DNA from: Selaginella moellendorffii
Lineage: Eukaryota > Plantae > Lycopodiophyta
DNA: 64,000 nt
NCBI RefSeq assembly: GCF_000143415.4
Contig: NW_003314423.1
Span: 74,011-138,010 of the forward strand
Reading direction: 5' to 3'
The notes beneath the pieces are model-generated. The model searched no databases and had not been told where the DNA came from. It saw only the letters and a program-made list of their open reading frames with translations. This document shows, piece after piece, positions 1 to 11,028 of the stretch. The translations under genes and the position numbers were made by a program. The stretch's first letter is position 1; each line of letters starts with the position of its first letter.

Positions 1-2721
1 TCTCAATGTTTTCTGCTATTGCTGAGCATTCTTTGCTGCACAAGAGCATGGGATGCAGAGGAGCTGAATGCACTTTTGGCATTCAAAGAAAGTGTTACAA
101 ATCACAGCAGCAGCAACATATTTCTGTCAAATTGGAGTCAGCGCAACTCTCAAGAACTATGCTTCTCTTGGGCAGGAGTTTCCTGTAACAACATCACTAG
201 TCATGTTCAAGAGCTCAATTTCTCTGGTTGGATGCTTGGGGGAAACCTCAGCTCCCTCTTCTCTGGGCTTACTCATCTCACTACCATCGACCTCTCTACT
301 AATGCTATTCAAGGAGAAATTCCTGCCCTCATTGGTAAGTTACACAACTTGACATCTTTGAATCTCCAAAGCAACAATTTATCCGGCAACATTCCAATTG
401 AAATGGGAAAGCTCTTGAAGCTCAAGTACATGAAACTAACACATAATTTTCTCAGTGGGAACATTCCAAAAGAGTTTGGATGCTTGAAAGACCTTCAATT
501 TCTCATCCTCTCCTACAATTTATTGACTGGGAACATTCCAAAAGAGTTTGGATGCTTGAAAGACCTTCAAGTTCTCAGCCTCTCCTACAATTTCTTGAAT
601 GGCCCACTCCCAAAGGAGCTTGGTTCACTAGAACAATTGCAGTTTCTTGCCCTTGGCATGAATAATATCACTGGAGAAATTCCAGCTGAGCTGGGAATGC
701 TGAAAAGGCTCAAATTACTTGGCCTAGATTACAACTTGCTGAACAGCACTATACCAGAGTCTCTTGGCAACTGCTCATCACTGGTAGAAATACGTATTGG
801 TCAAAACCCCCTTCTTCATGGCAAAATACCAGCATCCTTAGGCCAGTTGAAGAACCTTGAATATTTCTCTATGTTTGACGTTACAAGCGTTAGTGGGCAA
901 ATACCTCCTGAGCTTGGCAACTGCACCAAACTCCAATGGTTTGACATCAATGGAGACTTCTCCACAGAACCACATATAAATGGTCCAATTCCCTTGTCAC
1001 TTCTTCAAATACCATCACTGACAACATTGGGACTCAATCATCTCAATCTTACACACTTGCAATTGCCTCAAGAATTGTGGAATATGAGTCAGCTTCAATA
1101 TCTTAGCATGGCTAACATTGGGTGTGAAGGGACACTTTCTTCACAAATTGGTGACATGATTAATCTCACTTATTTGAATTTGGGGGCAAACACTCATATC
1201 AAGGGAGTCATACCGGAGGAGATAGGCAGATGTGAGAGCTTGGAGTATCTTTTTCTTGATGGTAACATGTTAAGTGGCCACATCCCACATTCGCTGGGAA
1301 AACTACAGTACTTGAAGCAGCTTAAACTGGGAAGCAACGGATTGAGCGGAGAGATCCCTTCATCTCTAGTGCAACTCTCCAACCTTGAGGCTTTACAGTT
1401 GGAGAACAATAATCTTACTGGAGAGATACCTTCGTCACTAGGACAACTCAAAAGCTTACAACTTTTATATCTATTCAATAACAGCTTCGTGGGAAGGATT
1501 CCACAAAGCTTGGGGGACATGAAGGGCCTCCAAAGACTGGATATTTCAGCCAATTTTCTCAAGGGGGAAATCCCGGTTGAACTGGGAAATTGCACTTCTT
1601 TGCAGCTTCTCGAATTGTCAAAGAACAACTTGACGGGAGAAATTCCATGGGAGGCATTTGAAACGTTGTGCAAGCACAACCTTCAAACCCTTGGAATGGA
1701 AAGGAACAAGCTGGTTGGACATATTCCACGTGTGCTGCTTGAGAACTGCACAAAGCTGGAGCGGCTGAAGCTCGGGAATAACTCTCTCAAAGGCACCAGC
1801 ATTGACGTGAGTAAGCTTCCAGCATTGAAGATCCTCTCACTCGCAATGAATCATCTCGAAGGCAGATTTCCTTTGCTTCCCTCTGGCAACACTAGCTTGG
1901 AGTTGATTGATCTCAAGAGAAACAACTTCTCTGGTGAGCTTCCTGCCTCTCTTGCTAACCTCCACCAGTTGCGAGTTTTAAGCTTGGGAGGCAACCATTT
2001 TGAAGGCGTCCTGCCAGATTTCATTTGGAGCATGAAACAGTTGCAAGTGTTGGATGTTTCAGGCAATCACTTCCATGGAGAGCTTCCTATCAATTCATTA
2101 AGCAATCTCGAGGGTTTCAAGCCATTATTCCCCACTGGGAATGATGGGGATGGGGATCGCCTTTACCAAGAGTTGTTCCTGCAAATCAAAGGACGAGAGG
2201 ATATAGGCTATGAATATGTTTTGAAGACGACTACTCTGCTGGACTTGTCATCCAACTCCTTGAGTGGAGAGGTTCCACCAAACCTTGGGGATTTAAGCGG
2301 CCTTCGATTTCTCAACTTGTCACACAACAACATCTCGAGTAGGCTTCCCAGAACACTTGGCAAGCTCAAATTGCTGGAGCAACTGGACATGTCAGACAAT
2401 CACTTGTATGGAGAGATTCCAGTGGAGCTTGAAGAGCTGAACACTTTGTCATCTCTTAACCTGTCATCTAACACACTTAGCGGACGCATTCCTACGGGTG
2501 GTCAGTTCGACACATTCGTCAACTCAAGCTATGCTGGGAATCCAAACTTGTGTGGAAGGCCACTGAGCAAAGCATGCTCTCAACAAAGAGTTGTCAATGA
2601 TGTGGATCGCCAAGAGGCAAGATCTGGATGGTGGGACGAGAATGTGGATCCAATCTCATTTGGAGTTGGCTGCTCCATTAGCTTCTTTTTGCATGTAATT
2701 AGTATGGTCATCCTTGCTTAA
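1..2721 (+). CDS. LRR receptor-like protein (RLP), intronless; the frame is open back to base 1, so the true start lies upstream of the window
   Basis: Signal-peptide tail, LRRNT cap (ALLAFK...W...CFSWAGVSC), many plant extracellular LRRs (LxxLxLSxNxLSGxIP), island domain before LDLSSNSLSGEVP, C-cap GQFDTF...YAGNPNLCGRPL, C-terminal TM helix, no kinase domain. Confidence 0.93.
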   Translation, partial: SQCFLLLLSILCCTRAWDAEELNALLAFKESVTNHSSSNIFLSNWSQRNSQELCFSWAGVSCNNITSHVQELNFSGWMLGGNLSSLFSGLTHLTTIDLSTNAIQGEIPALIGKLHNLTSLNLQSNNLSGNIPIEMGKLLKLKYMKLTHNFLSGNIPKEFGCLKDLQFLILSYNLLTGNIPKEFGCLKDLQVLSLSYNFLNGPLPKELGSLEQLQFLALGMNNITGEIPAELGMLKRLKLLGLDYNLLNSTIPESLGNCSSLVEIRIGQNPLLHGKIPASLGQLKNLEYFSMFDVTSVSGQIPPELGNCTKLQWFDINGDFSTEPHINGPIPLSLLQIPSLTTLGLNHLNLTHLQLPQELWNMSQLQYLSMANIGCEGTLSSQIGDMINLTYLNLGANTHIKGVIPEEIGRCESLEYLFLDGNMLSGHIPHSLGKLQYLKQLKLGSNGLSGEIPSSLVQLSNLEALQLENNNLTGEIPSSLGQLKSLQLLYLFNNSFVGRIPQSLGDMKGLQRLDISANFLKGEIPVELGNCTSLQLLELSKNNLTGEIPWEAFETLCKHNLQTLGMERNKLVGHIPRVLLENCTKLERLKLGNNSLKGTSIDVSKLPALKILSLAMNHLEGRFPLLPSGNTSLELIDLKRNNFSGELPASLANLHQLRVLSLGGNHFEGVLPDFIWSMKQLQVLDVSGNHFHGELPINSLSNLEGFKPLFPTGNDGDGDRLYQELFLQIKGREDIGYEYVLKTTTLLDLSSNSLSGEVPPNLGDLSGLRFLNLSHNNISSRLPRTLGKLKLLEQLDMSDNHLYGEIPVELEELNTLSSLNLSSNTLSGRIPTGGQFDTFVNSSYAGNPNLCGRPLSKACSQQRVVNDVDRQEARSGWWDENVDPISFGVGCSISFFLHVISMVILA
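457..600 (+). repeat. Recent 72-bp (one LRR) tandem duplication inside the RLP
   Basis: gggaacattccaaaagagtttggatgcttgaaagaccttcaa occurs identically at 457 and 529; the peptide GNIPKEFGCLKDLQ occurs twice. Confidence 0.9.
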
Positions 2722-3035
2722 TAAGATGCTCAAGAAGACTACTGGGGACTGTGTCCGAGCTCTCAATCCCTATTAATCGCAAGACCCCTTGAGCATGGCC
2801 GTATGAAGTAAGGCATCCGCCACGAAAATAGTCTTCCCTCTTTTTCCTTTCGTCCGTAAAAGTGATGGCTGAGCTATTTTGGTCTTACGACCGTATAGAC
2901 TACGACAACGAGGAGGATGACTTGGAAGGTCAACCGTCAGACCGCGGCCTTGCATCACGACAAACACCTTTCGAAGTACTCCTCATATTTTGGATCCGCT
3001 TTCCTTCTTATTTCTTGTGAAGTTCCAAGTTTTTC

Positions 3036-3790
3036 ATGGCTCCTTGTGACGGCCACCTATGCCCGGCTCATCAAATCCTACGATCTCATCCAGGGCAAGT
3101 GCGTCCACGCCCAGATCCTCCACTCGCATCTCGCCACCAACACCTTTCTCGCCAATCTCATCATGGCAAATGTGGTAGGCGCGAGCGGTTTTTTCACTCC
3201 CTGCCCTCGCCCAATCTCTTCTCCTAGAATATCGTCATCTCGGTGTGTGCCGCGAATGGGGATTTCTTCGAGGCCATGCGCCTCTTCCACGCCATGCCCG
3301 AAAAGATCCAAATCGCAGCCACTATGATGATCCATGTCTATACAGAGCTTGGCCACATAGACGAAGCAAGGTCTATTTTTGAGAATTTGCCACGGCGAGA
3401 TCCAGTATCCTGGACTCGCCTGCTCAAGCATATGCCACACAGGGGCGTCCACTTGTCAAAACTTTTTTTTGACAAGATGCCCGAGTGGGATGTGGTGTCA
3501 TCCACGGCAGCGATGGGCACCGAAACGCAAAAGTTATGTTATGTCCGAGAGAGATTCATGGCAATGGTGGCGGACGACGTTGCAGCACTACTGCTGCCTG
3601 AGGGCGGGGAGGCTGCGCGATGCGGAGGAGCTCATTCACTCGATGCCATTCATGCCCAAGGAGGTGGCACTCTTGTCAGCGTCAGGAAACGACACTGATT
3701 TGGTGCGTGGGCGTCACACAGCGCAGGATGTCATGAGAGGATCAAACCGCAAGACTCTGCATCGTTCAACCTCTGCATGTTTCTTCAATT
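3036..3790 (+). pseudogene. PLS-class PPR pseudogene (deleted, frameshifted paralogue of 7308-8744)
   Basis: PPR fragments spread over different frames (HAQILHSHLATNTFLAN; ARSIFENLPRRDPVSWT; LRDAEELIHSMPFMP). Confidence 0.85.
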
Positions 3791-3793
3791 TTA

Positions 3794-3856
3794 TGCTGTT
3801 TCCGGGGACTAACCCGGGTCGTCTGCGTGACAGGCGGAAATACTCACCACTATACT
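3794..3856 (-). pseudogene. tRNA-Asp(GTC) pseudogene
   Basis: Copy of 8807-8878 with the 5' acceptor-stem strand deleted and the T-loop/B-box mutated (gactaacc instead of gatcgaacc on the + strand). Confidence 0.85.
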
Positions 3857-3990
3857 GTAATCTTGATTATCAGGGTTAAAACTAATCTAGAATGTATATC
3901 TGATAACGTGTTTGTAGTCCGTCTCCTTTGTGATGAGCCTCTTGCTAGTGCGCTGCAATCTTTCATTTGGATCCCTTGATCTCTTTTGCA

Positions 3991-4505
3991 ATGAATCCCT
4001 TGCTCCTGGCACTCACAGCACCAAAAGAGGCAATGAATGACAAGCAGGCAATGGATGAGCATGAGCTTTTGCTTCGTTTGCAGTCGTGCAGGGATCTACG
4101 GGCAGCCAAGGCGCTCCACGCCCGCGCTCAATCGATCACCCGCCCTGATGATACATTCCTTCTCAACCATGTCATCCAGATCTATGGCAACTGCGGTGAC
4201 AACTACCATGCACAGCTCGTCTTTGATGCCATCGAGCCCAAGGATTCCTTCTCCTGGGATTTCATGCTCATTGCCTAGGCACGCAGCTCCTAGTTGTGAG
4301 AGGCCAAGGCCTTGTTAGGTGGAATCTCGTTGCCTGGAACGCTATGGTGTGCCTGTATGCCCAAACTGGGCATTTGGAGGGCGCAAAGAACCTCTTTGAT
4401 GAGATGCAAAGCTACAACCTTGTATCCTTAAATGCCTTGATGTTTGCTTATGCTATCAATGGCCACACAAAAAAGGCTAAACAGCTGTTTGATTCTATGC
4501 CTTAA
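3991..4505 (+). pseudogene. Truncated PPR pseudogene fused by deletion to the start of the small TM gene (paralogue of 9071-9930)
   Basis: MNPLL start is joined in frame to ELLLRLQSC...DSFSWDFMLIA, followed by stops and a frameshift; homology ends at LFDSMP. Confidence 0.85.
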
Positions 4506-6320
4506 AGAAGCTAATGGAGTAGCCAACTCCAAATACAATTTCCACATTCTCATTCTATTATCTAGATTTATACAACATTTGTGAATGCATATATATCATA
4601 TAATGACTATATAGGTTTCTTCTGTGGTGGTTTCAATACCTTTTATAGCAATTTATACAATATATAGACCTTTAATTTTAATTGTGTTAAAAATGATATA
4701 AATATTTACCTCTGGAACTACTAAAGCTATAGTTAGTTTCTTTGCCAGAACTACAATATGAATTTCAATATGTAACATTGTAATTGTATTAATGTCTTTT
4801 AAAACCATATTGAAAAGTATATAAATATTTATCACAAATTTTATTGAAGTTACAGGTGGTTTCTCCAACAAAATAATGACCTCATTAAAGTGTAATTATT
4901 TATTAATCACAAATTAAAGTTACTCATTTTTTGCAAAATTTTATTAGTTTAGAAAATATATAAAACTTAAAAGTAATATATCATTTTTCCTTTGTCATTT
5001 GCACTTAGTTTCATATATTCATTAAATTCTTTGGCGTGTAATTCCATTTTCTCCTCCAATTGTTTTTTTATATTCATAGTTTTTTTATATATAGCAAGTT
5101 CATAAAAATATTAAAGTATCTCAAGAGTGATATGATAGTGTACTCACTCTAGCCATTGTAACTCTTATTAAATTTGTTGTTATAATTTACAGTTTTAATA
5201 TAAGATTTTAACCAATAAATATCCTTCTATACTTGAAAGCAATTACAAAGATTATATAGTTTTAATTTAGAAAGTTTATACTTTAGTTTTTAGCAATTGA
5301 GAAAATTTGTGAAATCTTAACCACCTTGCTAATGAATGACATGTCCAAACCATTCAATGACTTTGATTTTAACAAATATGTTTTATAAAAATGTTTTTCA
5401 TGTTGTTTTTTATCCATTTGCATTAGATTCTTAAATCCTGGAATATGTAAAATTGTATTATAGTTTCATTTAGCAAGTGCTCATACTTGCCCAAACCCTT
5501 CACCATCTACTTAACTTTTTTAAAACATTATTATAAACTAAGTTTTTGCTTAGTAATATGGTAGCTATAGTCACTCAATTTTTTGACCATATAAGCATTC
5601 AATGAGTAACTAGATATAGTTAAAATATGCATCATTGTAATTCAAAAACACTTGCAAAAGCTCATGTTACAAGTTATTTCCCTTTAGTGGTGCATAGAAT
5701 CCTTTCTTATGCATTTTCTTACCATTAGTATTTTGTATCATATGACACTTCAGTGATGCTTGAGTAAAAAACCACCATTTATTGAAGGGAGATTCCTCAT
5801 CTAAAACACTTCCACAGTTTTTGATTTGCATTTGAGTTGAGCAAAAGTTCACTCTTTATATTGTTAATCTAAAAGTCAGTACAATCCATATGATTTTTAC
5901 TAAAAGTAAAAACTATACAATTTTTTACCTGATGCAAGATTCTTCATCACTCTACAAGTCTTTATTGCATCCCCACCATATGTGCCAAGTTCTAGAAACT
6001 TTTCATGCTTGACCTTAAGTAGATCCTCACTAATATAATTAAATGCCAACAACACACAACAAATCATTTAGATTTGACCTACATAGCTCTTTAAATCAAA
6101 TATGAGTCATTGTCATTCTTGTGAATATAAAAAGGGAAGAAATATCAATAGAAGAAATAGTGGAAGAAAAACAAAGTAGAAATTTAATTGATAGTGGCAT
6201 TCATAGCACATAATGCAACTCTTTTTGCTTTTTCTGCCAATCCTCACATAATTAATATAGTCACCTTACTTAATAAAATGCTCTCTAAGCATAATCACTA
6301 CAAGGGACTATGTCTAAACT

Positions 6321-7130
6321 CAAAACTGGATATTTCAGCCAAGTGTCTCGAGGGGGAAATGCTGGTTGAACTGGGAAATTGCACTTCTTTGCAGCTTCTC
6401 GAATTGTCAAAGAACAACTTGACGGGAGAAATTCCATGGGAGGCATTTGAAACGTTGTGCAAGCACAACCTTCAAACCCTTGGAATGGAAAGGAACAAGC
6501 TGGTTGGACATATTCCACGTGTACTGCTTGAGAACTGCACAAAGCTGGAGCGGGAATAACTTTCTCGAAGGCACCAGCATTGACGTGAATAAGCTTCCAT
6601 CATTGAAGATTCTCTCACTCACATCTTGGAGGCAGATTTACTTTGCTTCCCTCTGGCAACACTAGCTTGGAGTTGATTGATCTCAATGAAGGAGTCTTGC
6701 CAGATTTCACTTGGAGCATGAAACAGTTGCAAGTGTTGGATGTTTCCGACAAACACTTCCATGGAGAGCTTCCTGTCAATTCATTAAGCCATCTCGAGGG
6801 TTTCAAAGTCTGAGAATGATGGGGATGGGGATCGCCTTTACCAAGAGTTGTTCCTGCAAATCAAAGGACGAGAGGATATGGGCTATAAATATGTTTTGAG
6901 GACGACTACTCTGCTGGACTTGTCATCCAACTCCTTCAGTTCAACACATTCGTCAACTCGAGCTATATTGGGAATCCAAACTTGTGTGGAAGGCCGCTGA
7001 GCAAAGCATGCTCAACAAAGAGTTGTCAATGCAGATAGCCAAGAGGCAAGATCTGGATGGTGGGACGAGTTAGCATTTGGAATTAATTAGCTTCTTTTTG
7101 CACGTAATTAGTATGGTCAGCCTTGCTTAA
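6321..7130 (+). pseudogene. LRR-RLP pseudogene (3' half, several internal deletions)
   Basis: Near-identical to 1531-2721 (ELGNCTSLQLLELSKNNLTGEIPWEAF...) with frameshifting deletions. Confidence 0.92.
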
Positions 7131-7307
7131 TAAGATGCTCACGAAGCACAGGGGGATTGTTCATGCCAGCTTTTGTGAATGACCGCCACAAAAATAGTCT
7201 TTTCTCCTTTTCCTTTCGTTTGGTCTTTGCACCGTGTAACGAGAAGGATGACTGGGAAGGTCAACCTTCTTATATACTTTATATCTTGTGAAGTTCCATG
7301 GCTACTT

Positions 7308-8744
7308 ATGATCGATGAACGCGGCCGCCTATGTCCGGCTCATCAAATCCTACACCGTCTCTCGCGATCTCGTCGTCCACGCCCAGATCCTCCACTCCCA
7401 TCTCGCCACCAACACCTTTCTCGCCAATCCGGTAGCCTGGGCGATGCGCGAGCGGTTTTTCACTCCCTGCCCTCGCCCAATCTCTTCTCCTGGAATATCA
7501 TCATCTCGGCGTGTGCCGCGAATGGGGATTTCTTCGAGGCCATGCGCCTCTTCCACGCCATGCCCGAAAAGACCCAAATCGCAGCCACTGTGATGATCCG
7601 TGTCTATACAGAGCTTGGCCACATAGGAGAAGCAAGGTCTATTTTTGAGGATTTGCCACGGCGAGATCCAGTATCCTGGACTTGCCTGCTTCAAGCATAT
7701 GCCACACAGGGGCATCCACTGCTGGAAAAACTGACGCAAAAGTTATGTTGATCGTATGTCAAGATGCAAGCGAAAGAGGTTTTTGCCTCGATGCGCTAGA
7801 GGGATGAGCGGCCTGGAACGCGATGACCCAGGCGGATCAGGCCAAGGAGCTCTTCGATCGGATGGACCACCAGTGCCGGAACTCCTGGGACACGCTGCTT
7901 CAGGAGTTTGTGGCCGATGGAATCGCGCCAAGGATCTGTACGGGGTCTCACAGTGGACGTTGATGATTCAAGCATTTGCCCAAAGCGGGCATTTGGAGCA
8001 TGCCAAGGACATCTTCACTCACATGGCACGGAGCGATGTGATTGTGTGGAATGTTTTTCTGGCCGTGTTCTCGCAGGAGGGCCAATTTCAGTTTGCTACA
8101 GGGGTTTTTTGAGCGAAATCCACAGGTAAATCTTGTCTTTTGGGCTGCAATTGTTGCAGCAAATGCCTAAAACGGGGATCTGGGAAGCGCGAAAGAGCTG
8201 CTTGATTGCATGCCCGAAAGCACTGTCTCCGCCTGTAACATCCTTACAGGTTCATACGCACAGCACGAAAGGTTGGCGGAGGCGAAATGCCTCTTCGAAT
8301 GAATGCAGGAAAGAGATACTGTCTCTTGGATGCGCTCACAACAGCAAATGCCCACGCGGGGCACCACGCTGCCGTCCAGCTTCTCTTCGCATCGATGCTG
8401 CTCGACGGGATCAAGCCGGACGAGCTGACGTTCGTGTGCCTGCTCTCGTCGGTGGCCTACACGGGCATCGTGGACGAGGTCCGAGAGAGGTCCATGGCAA
8501 TGGTGGCGGACAATTTCGTGGACGTACTGCTGTCTCATCGCAGCGCTGGCGAGGGCGGGGAGGCTGCGTGATGCCGAGGAGCTCATTCACTCGATGCCGT
8601 TCATGCCCGAGGAGGTGGCGTGGATGACACTCTTGTCAGCTTCAAGAAACGACACTGATTTGTGCTTGGGCGTCACACAGCGCAGCATGTCATGAGGATC
8701 AAACCGCAAGACTCCGCATCGTACGTGCTGCTCTTCAACCTCTG
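7308..8744 (+). pseudogene. PLS-E class PPR pseudogene
   Basis: PPR motifs are split across frames (ARAVFHSLPSPNLFSWNIII; GIKPDELTFVCLLS; E-domain end ASYVLLFNL). Confidence 0.82.
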
Positions 8745-8806
8745 AAAATGTAGTAAAAGAGCGAATGAAATAGATTCTTTCGATGGAAAGAGCGAATAAA
8801 ATTTTA

Positions 8807-8878
8807 CGCCGTTGCCGGGGATCGAACCCGGGTCGTCCGCGTGACAGGCGGAAATACTCACCACTATACTACAACGAC
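8807..8878 (-). tRNA. tRNA-Asp(GTC)
   Basis: Reverse complement GTCGTTGTAGTATAGTGGTGAGTATTTCCGCCTGTCACGCGGACGACCCGGGTTCGATCCCCGGCAACGGCG: 72 nt, full cloverleaf, anticodon GTC. Confidence 0.97.
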
Positions 8879-9070
8879 TTTTGCTTGTGTAATCTGAACT
8901 ATCAGGGGTCAAATTAGTCTAGGTTCAAGGAACAAACTGGAATGTTTATCTGATAACGTACGGCTGAGCTCTCATTTCAGTAAGACGCGTGTTTGTATCC
9001 GTCTCCTTTGCGATGAGTCTCTTGCTAGTACGCTGCAATCTTTCATTTGGATCCATCGATCTCTTTCGCA

Positions 9071-9379
9071 ATGAATCCCTTGCTCGCGATCGCTCTGGGC
9101 GTCCCGGCACTCACAGTGCTCTTCTACCTGTGCAATCGCCTCCACTTGGCCAGGAGCGCGAAACTGGACGAAGAAGCCAGGAGCATTCTAATGGCACAGC
9201 CCCGTGAGCACGCTCCATATCCAAGGCAAGCGCAGTTCTACCAAGAAGAATGGACTGACGAGGAAGACGATGATTTTGAGGGAGCTGGGCCACTACAAAC
9301 CTGTATTCCATCCAGGATGTATGTGATCTCACCACAAGAACTTCAATGTCGGTGTGGATCTCTCGCAGGTAAGATCTAA
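9071..9379 (+). CDS. Small single-pass membrane protein of unknown function (about 102 aa)
   Basis: ATG at 9071, hydrophobic helix LLAIALGVPALTVLFYLC followed by basic residues and an acidic tract EEWTDEEDDDFE; a possible GTAAG donor at about 9369 could alter the last codons. Confidence 0.5.
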   Translation: MNPLLAIALGVPALTVLFYLCNRLHLARSAKLDEEARSILMAQPREHAPYPRQAQFYQEEWTDEEDDDFEGAGPLQTCIPSRMYVISPQELQCRCGSLAGKI

Positions 9380-9444
9380 TTAAGAACCATTCTATTAGAG
9401 AATTGAGAGTTTTTTTACCAAGTAGCAACCAAAAGAGGCAATGA

Positions 9445-11028
9445 ATGACGAGCAGGCAATGGATGAGCCGGGACGAGCTTTTGCTTCGTTTGCAGTCGTG
9501 CAGGGGTCTACGGGCAGCCGAGGCGCTCCACGCCCGCGCTCGATCGATCGCCCGCCCTGAGGATACATTCCTCCTCAACCATGTCATCCAGATGTTTGGC
9601 AACTGCGGCGCCGCCTACCAAGCACGGCTCGTCTTCGATGCCATCGAGCCCAAGGATTCCTTTTCCTGGGATTTCATGCTTATTGCCTACTCACGCAGCT
9701 CCCGGTTGCCAGAGGCCAAGGCCTTGTTCGATGCGATGCCCGGGTGGAACCTCGTCTCCTGGAACGTTATGCTGTGCCTGTATGCCCAGAGTGGGCATTT
9801 GGAGGGCGCAAAGAACCTCTTTGATGGGATGCAAAGCTACGACCTTATATCGTTAAATGCCTTTATGTCTGCTTACGCTATCAATGGCCACACTATAAAG
9901 GCTAAAGAGCTGTTTGATTCCATGCCTTTATGGGATATCGTATCGTTTACAACCATCTTTACGGCTTATGCCCAGAGCAGGCATCATGGAATCAGCGATA
10001 TTTTGCTTGATTTCATGCCGGAGTGGGATATGGTGTCACTGACAACTGTGGTATCATCTAGCAATGTTAAGGATGCAGAGAGAGCATTTGATCAAATGCA
10101 ACAGACGGATGTAGTCTCCTGGAACGCTCTTTTGACGGCATATGCCGAACATGGTTACCTTTCCCGATGTGAACGGACCTACTTACAAATGCCTGAACAC
10201 GATACAGTATCACACAATGTTATGTTGGCAGTGTACACGTCTTTTAGATGCATTGAAGATGCAAAATGCATCTTTGACGCTATTCCAGCGTTGAGCTTGG
10301 CATCTTGGAACACACTTCTTGCCTCATATGCCCAAAGTGGGTATCTGGATGATGCTGAACGTTTGCTGGAAAACATGCCTGCTCCCGACTGCGTGTCGTG
10401 GACAGTAATGCTTTGTGGCTATACCCAGTACGGCCGCCTCCATGACGCGCTTATCCTCTTCCACGGAATGCCCGAGCGCGATCTCGTCTCTTGGAACGCA
10501 GTGTTGTGGGCAATCACGCAGCACGGGGATTTGGATGCTGCGAGAAAGCTCTTTGACCAATTTCCGACGACGAATCTCGTGTCATGGAGCACTCTCCTCA
10601 CGGCATACGCACAGAGGGGGCGTACCAAAGACGCGATTCAGCTGTTTGATGCGATGAAGCTGTGCGAGGAGCCGGACGAGGTGTGCTTCGTTTCGGCGAT
10701 CTTGGCTTGCAGCCATGACGGCAAGGTCCATGCCGGGAGGGCGTGGTTCGTGTCCATGGCCTTTGATTTCGAGCTTGAGGCTACCAAGCAGCACTACTGC
10801 TGCATGGTGGATTTGCTCGCCCGGGGTGGCTATTTGGACGACTCCAAGGAGCTCATCCACGACATGCCTTTTGTTCCCGATTTCCTGGAGTGGACGTGCC
10901 TTCTGGGGGCCGCCAGGAGCAGCCCTCGCAAAGAAAGCTTGAGAGAAATGCGAAGAGCGTTTGATCTGGAGCCGGAGAGTGCTGCATCGTATGTGCTGGT
11001 GGCAAACGCTTCCACTCCAATCAAGTGA
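9445..11028 (+). CDS. PLS-class pentatricopeptide repeat protein, E subgroup without DYW; putative organellar RNA-editing factor
   Basis: 527-aa intronless ORF with tandem S-type repeats (A..LFD.MP.WDxVSW), HYCCMVDLLARGG and E motifs (MPFVPD...WTCLLGA; LEPESAASYVL). Confidence 0.92.
   Translation: MTSRQWMSRDELLLRLQSCRGLRAAEALHARARSIARPEDTFLLNHVIQMFGNCGAAYQARLVFDAIEPKDSFSWDFMLIAYSRSSRLPEAKALFDAMPGWNLVSWNVMLCLYAQSGHLEGAKNLFDGMQSYDLISLNAFMSAYAINGHTIKAKELFDSMPLWDIVSFTTIFTAYAQSRHHGISDILLDFMPEWDMVSLTTVVSSSNVKDAERAFDQMQQTDVVSWNALLTAYAEHGYLSRCERTYLQMPEHDTVSHNVMLAVYTSFRCIEDAKCIFDAIPALSLASWNTLLASYAQSGYLDDAERLLENMPAPDCVSWTVMLCGYTQYGRLHDALILFHGMPERDLVSWNAVLWAITQHGDLDAARKLFDQFPTTNLVSWSTLLTAYAQRGRTKDAIQLFDAMKLCEEPDEVCFVSAILACSHDGKVHAGRAWFVSMAFDFELEATKQHYCCMVDLLARGGYLDDSKELIHDMPFVPDFLEWTCLLGAARSSPRKESLREMRRAFDLEPESAASYVLVANASTPIK

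Larger units (their letters stand above)
1531..4505 (+). repeat. Segmental duplication, copy A (colinear with about 6321-9930)
   Basis: RLP 3' half, intergenic DNA, PPR, tRNA-Asp, small TM gene and PPR start all recur in the same order with high nucleotide identity. Confidence 0.9.

Noticed and set aside
2917-8744. Stops and frameshifts in the pseudogenes rescued by RNA editing, given the PPR editing factors nearby
   Set aside because: Plant PPR editing is organellar base conversion and cannot repair multi-base deletions in nuclear genes
9369-9445. Splicing of the small TM gene into the downstream PPR to give a membrane-anchored PPR
   Set aside because: Both nearby AG acceptors lead to a stop (aat gaa tga) before the PPR frame is entered
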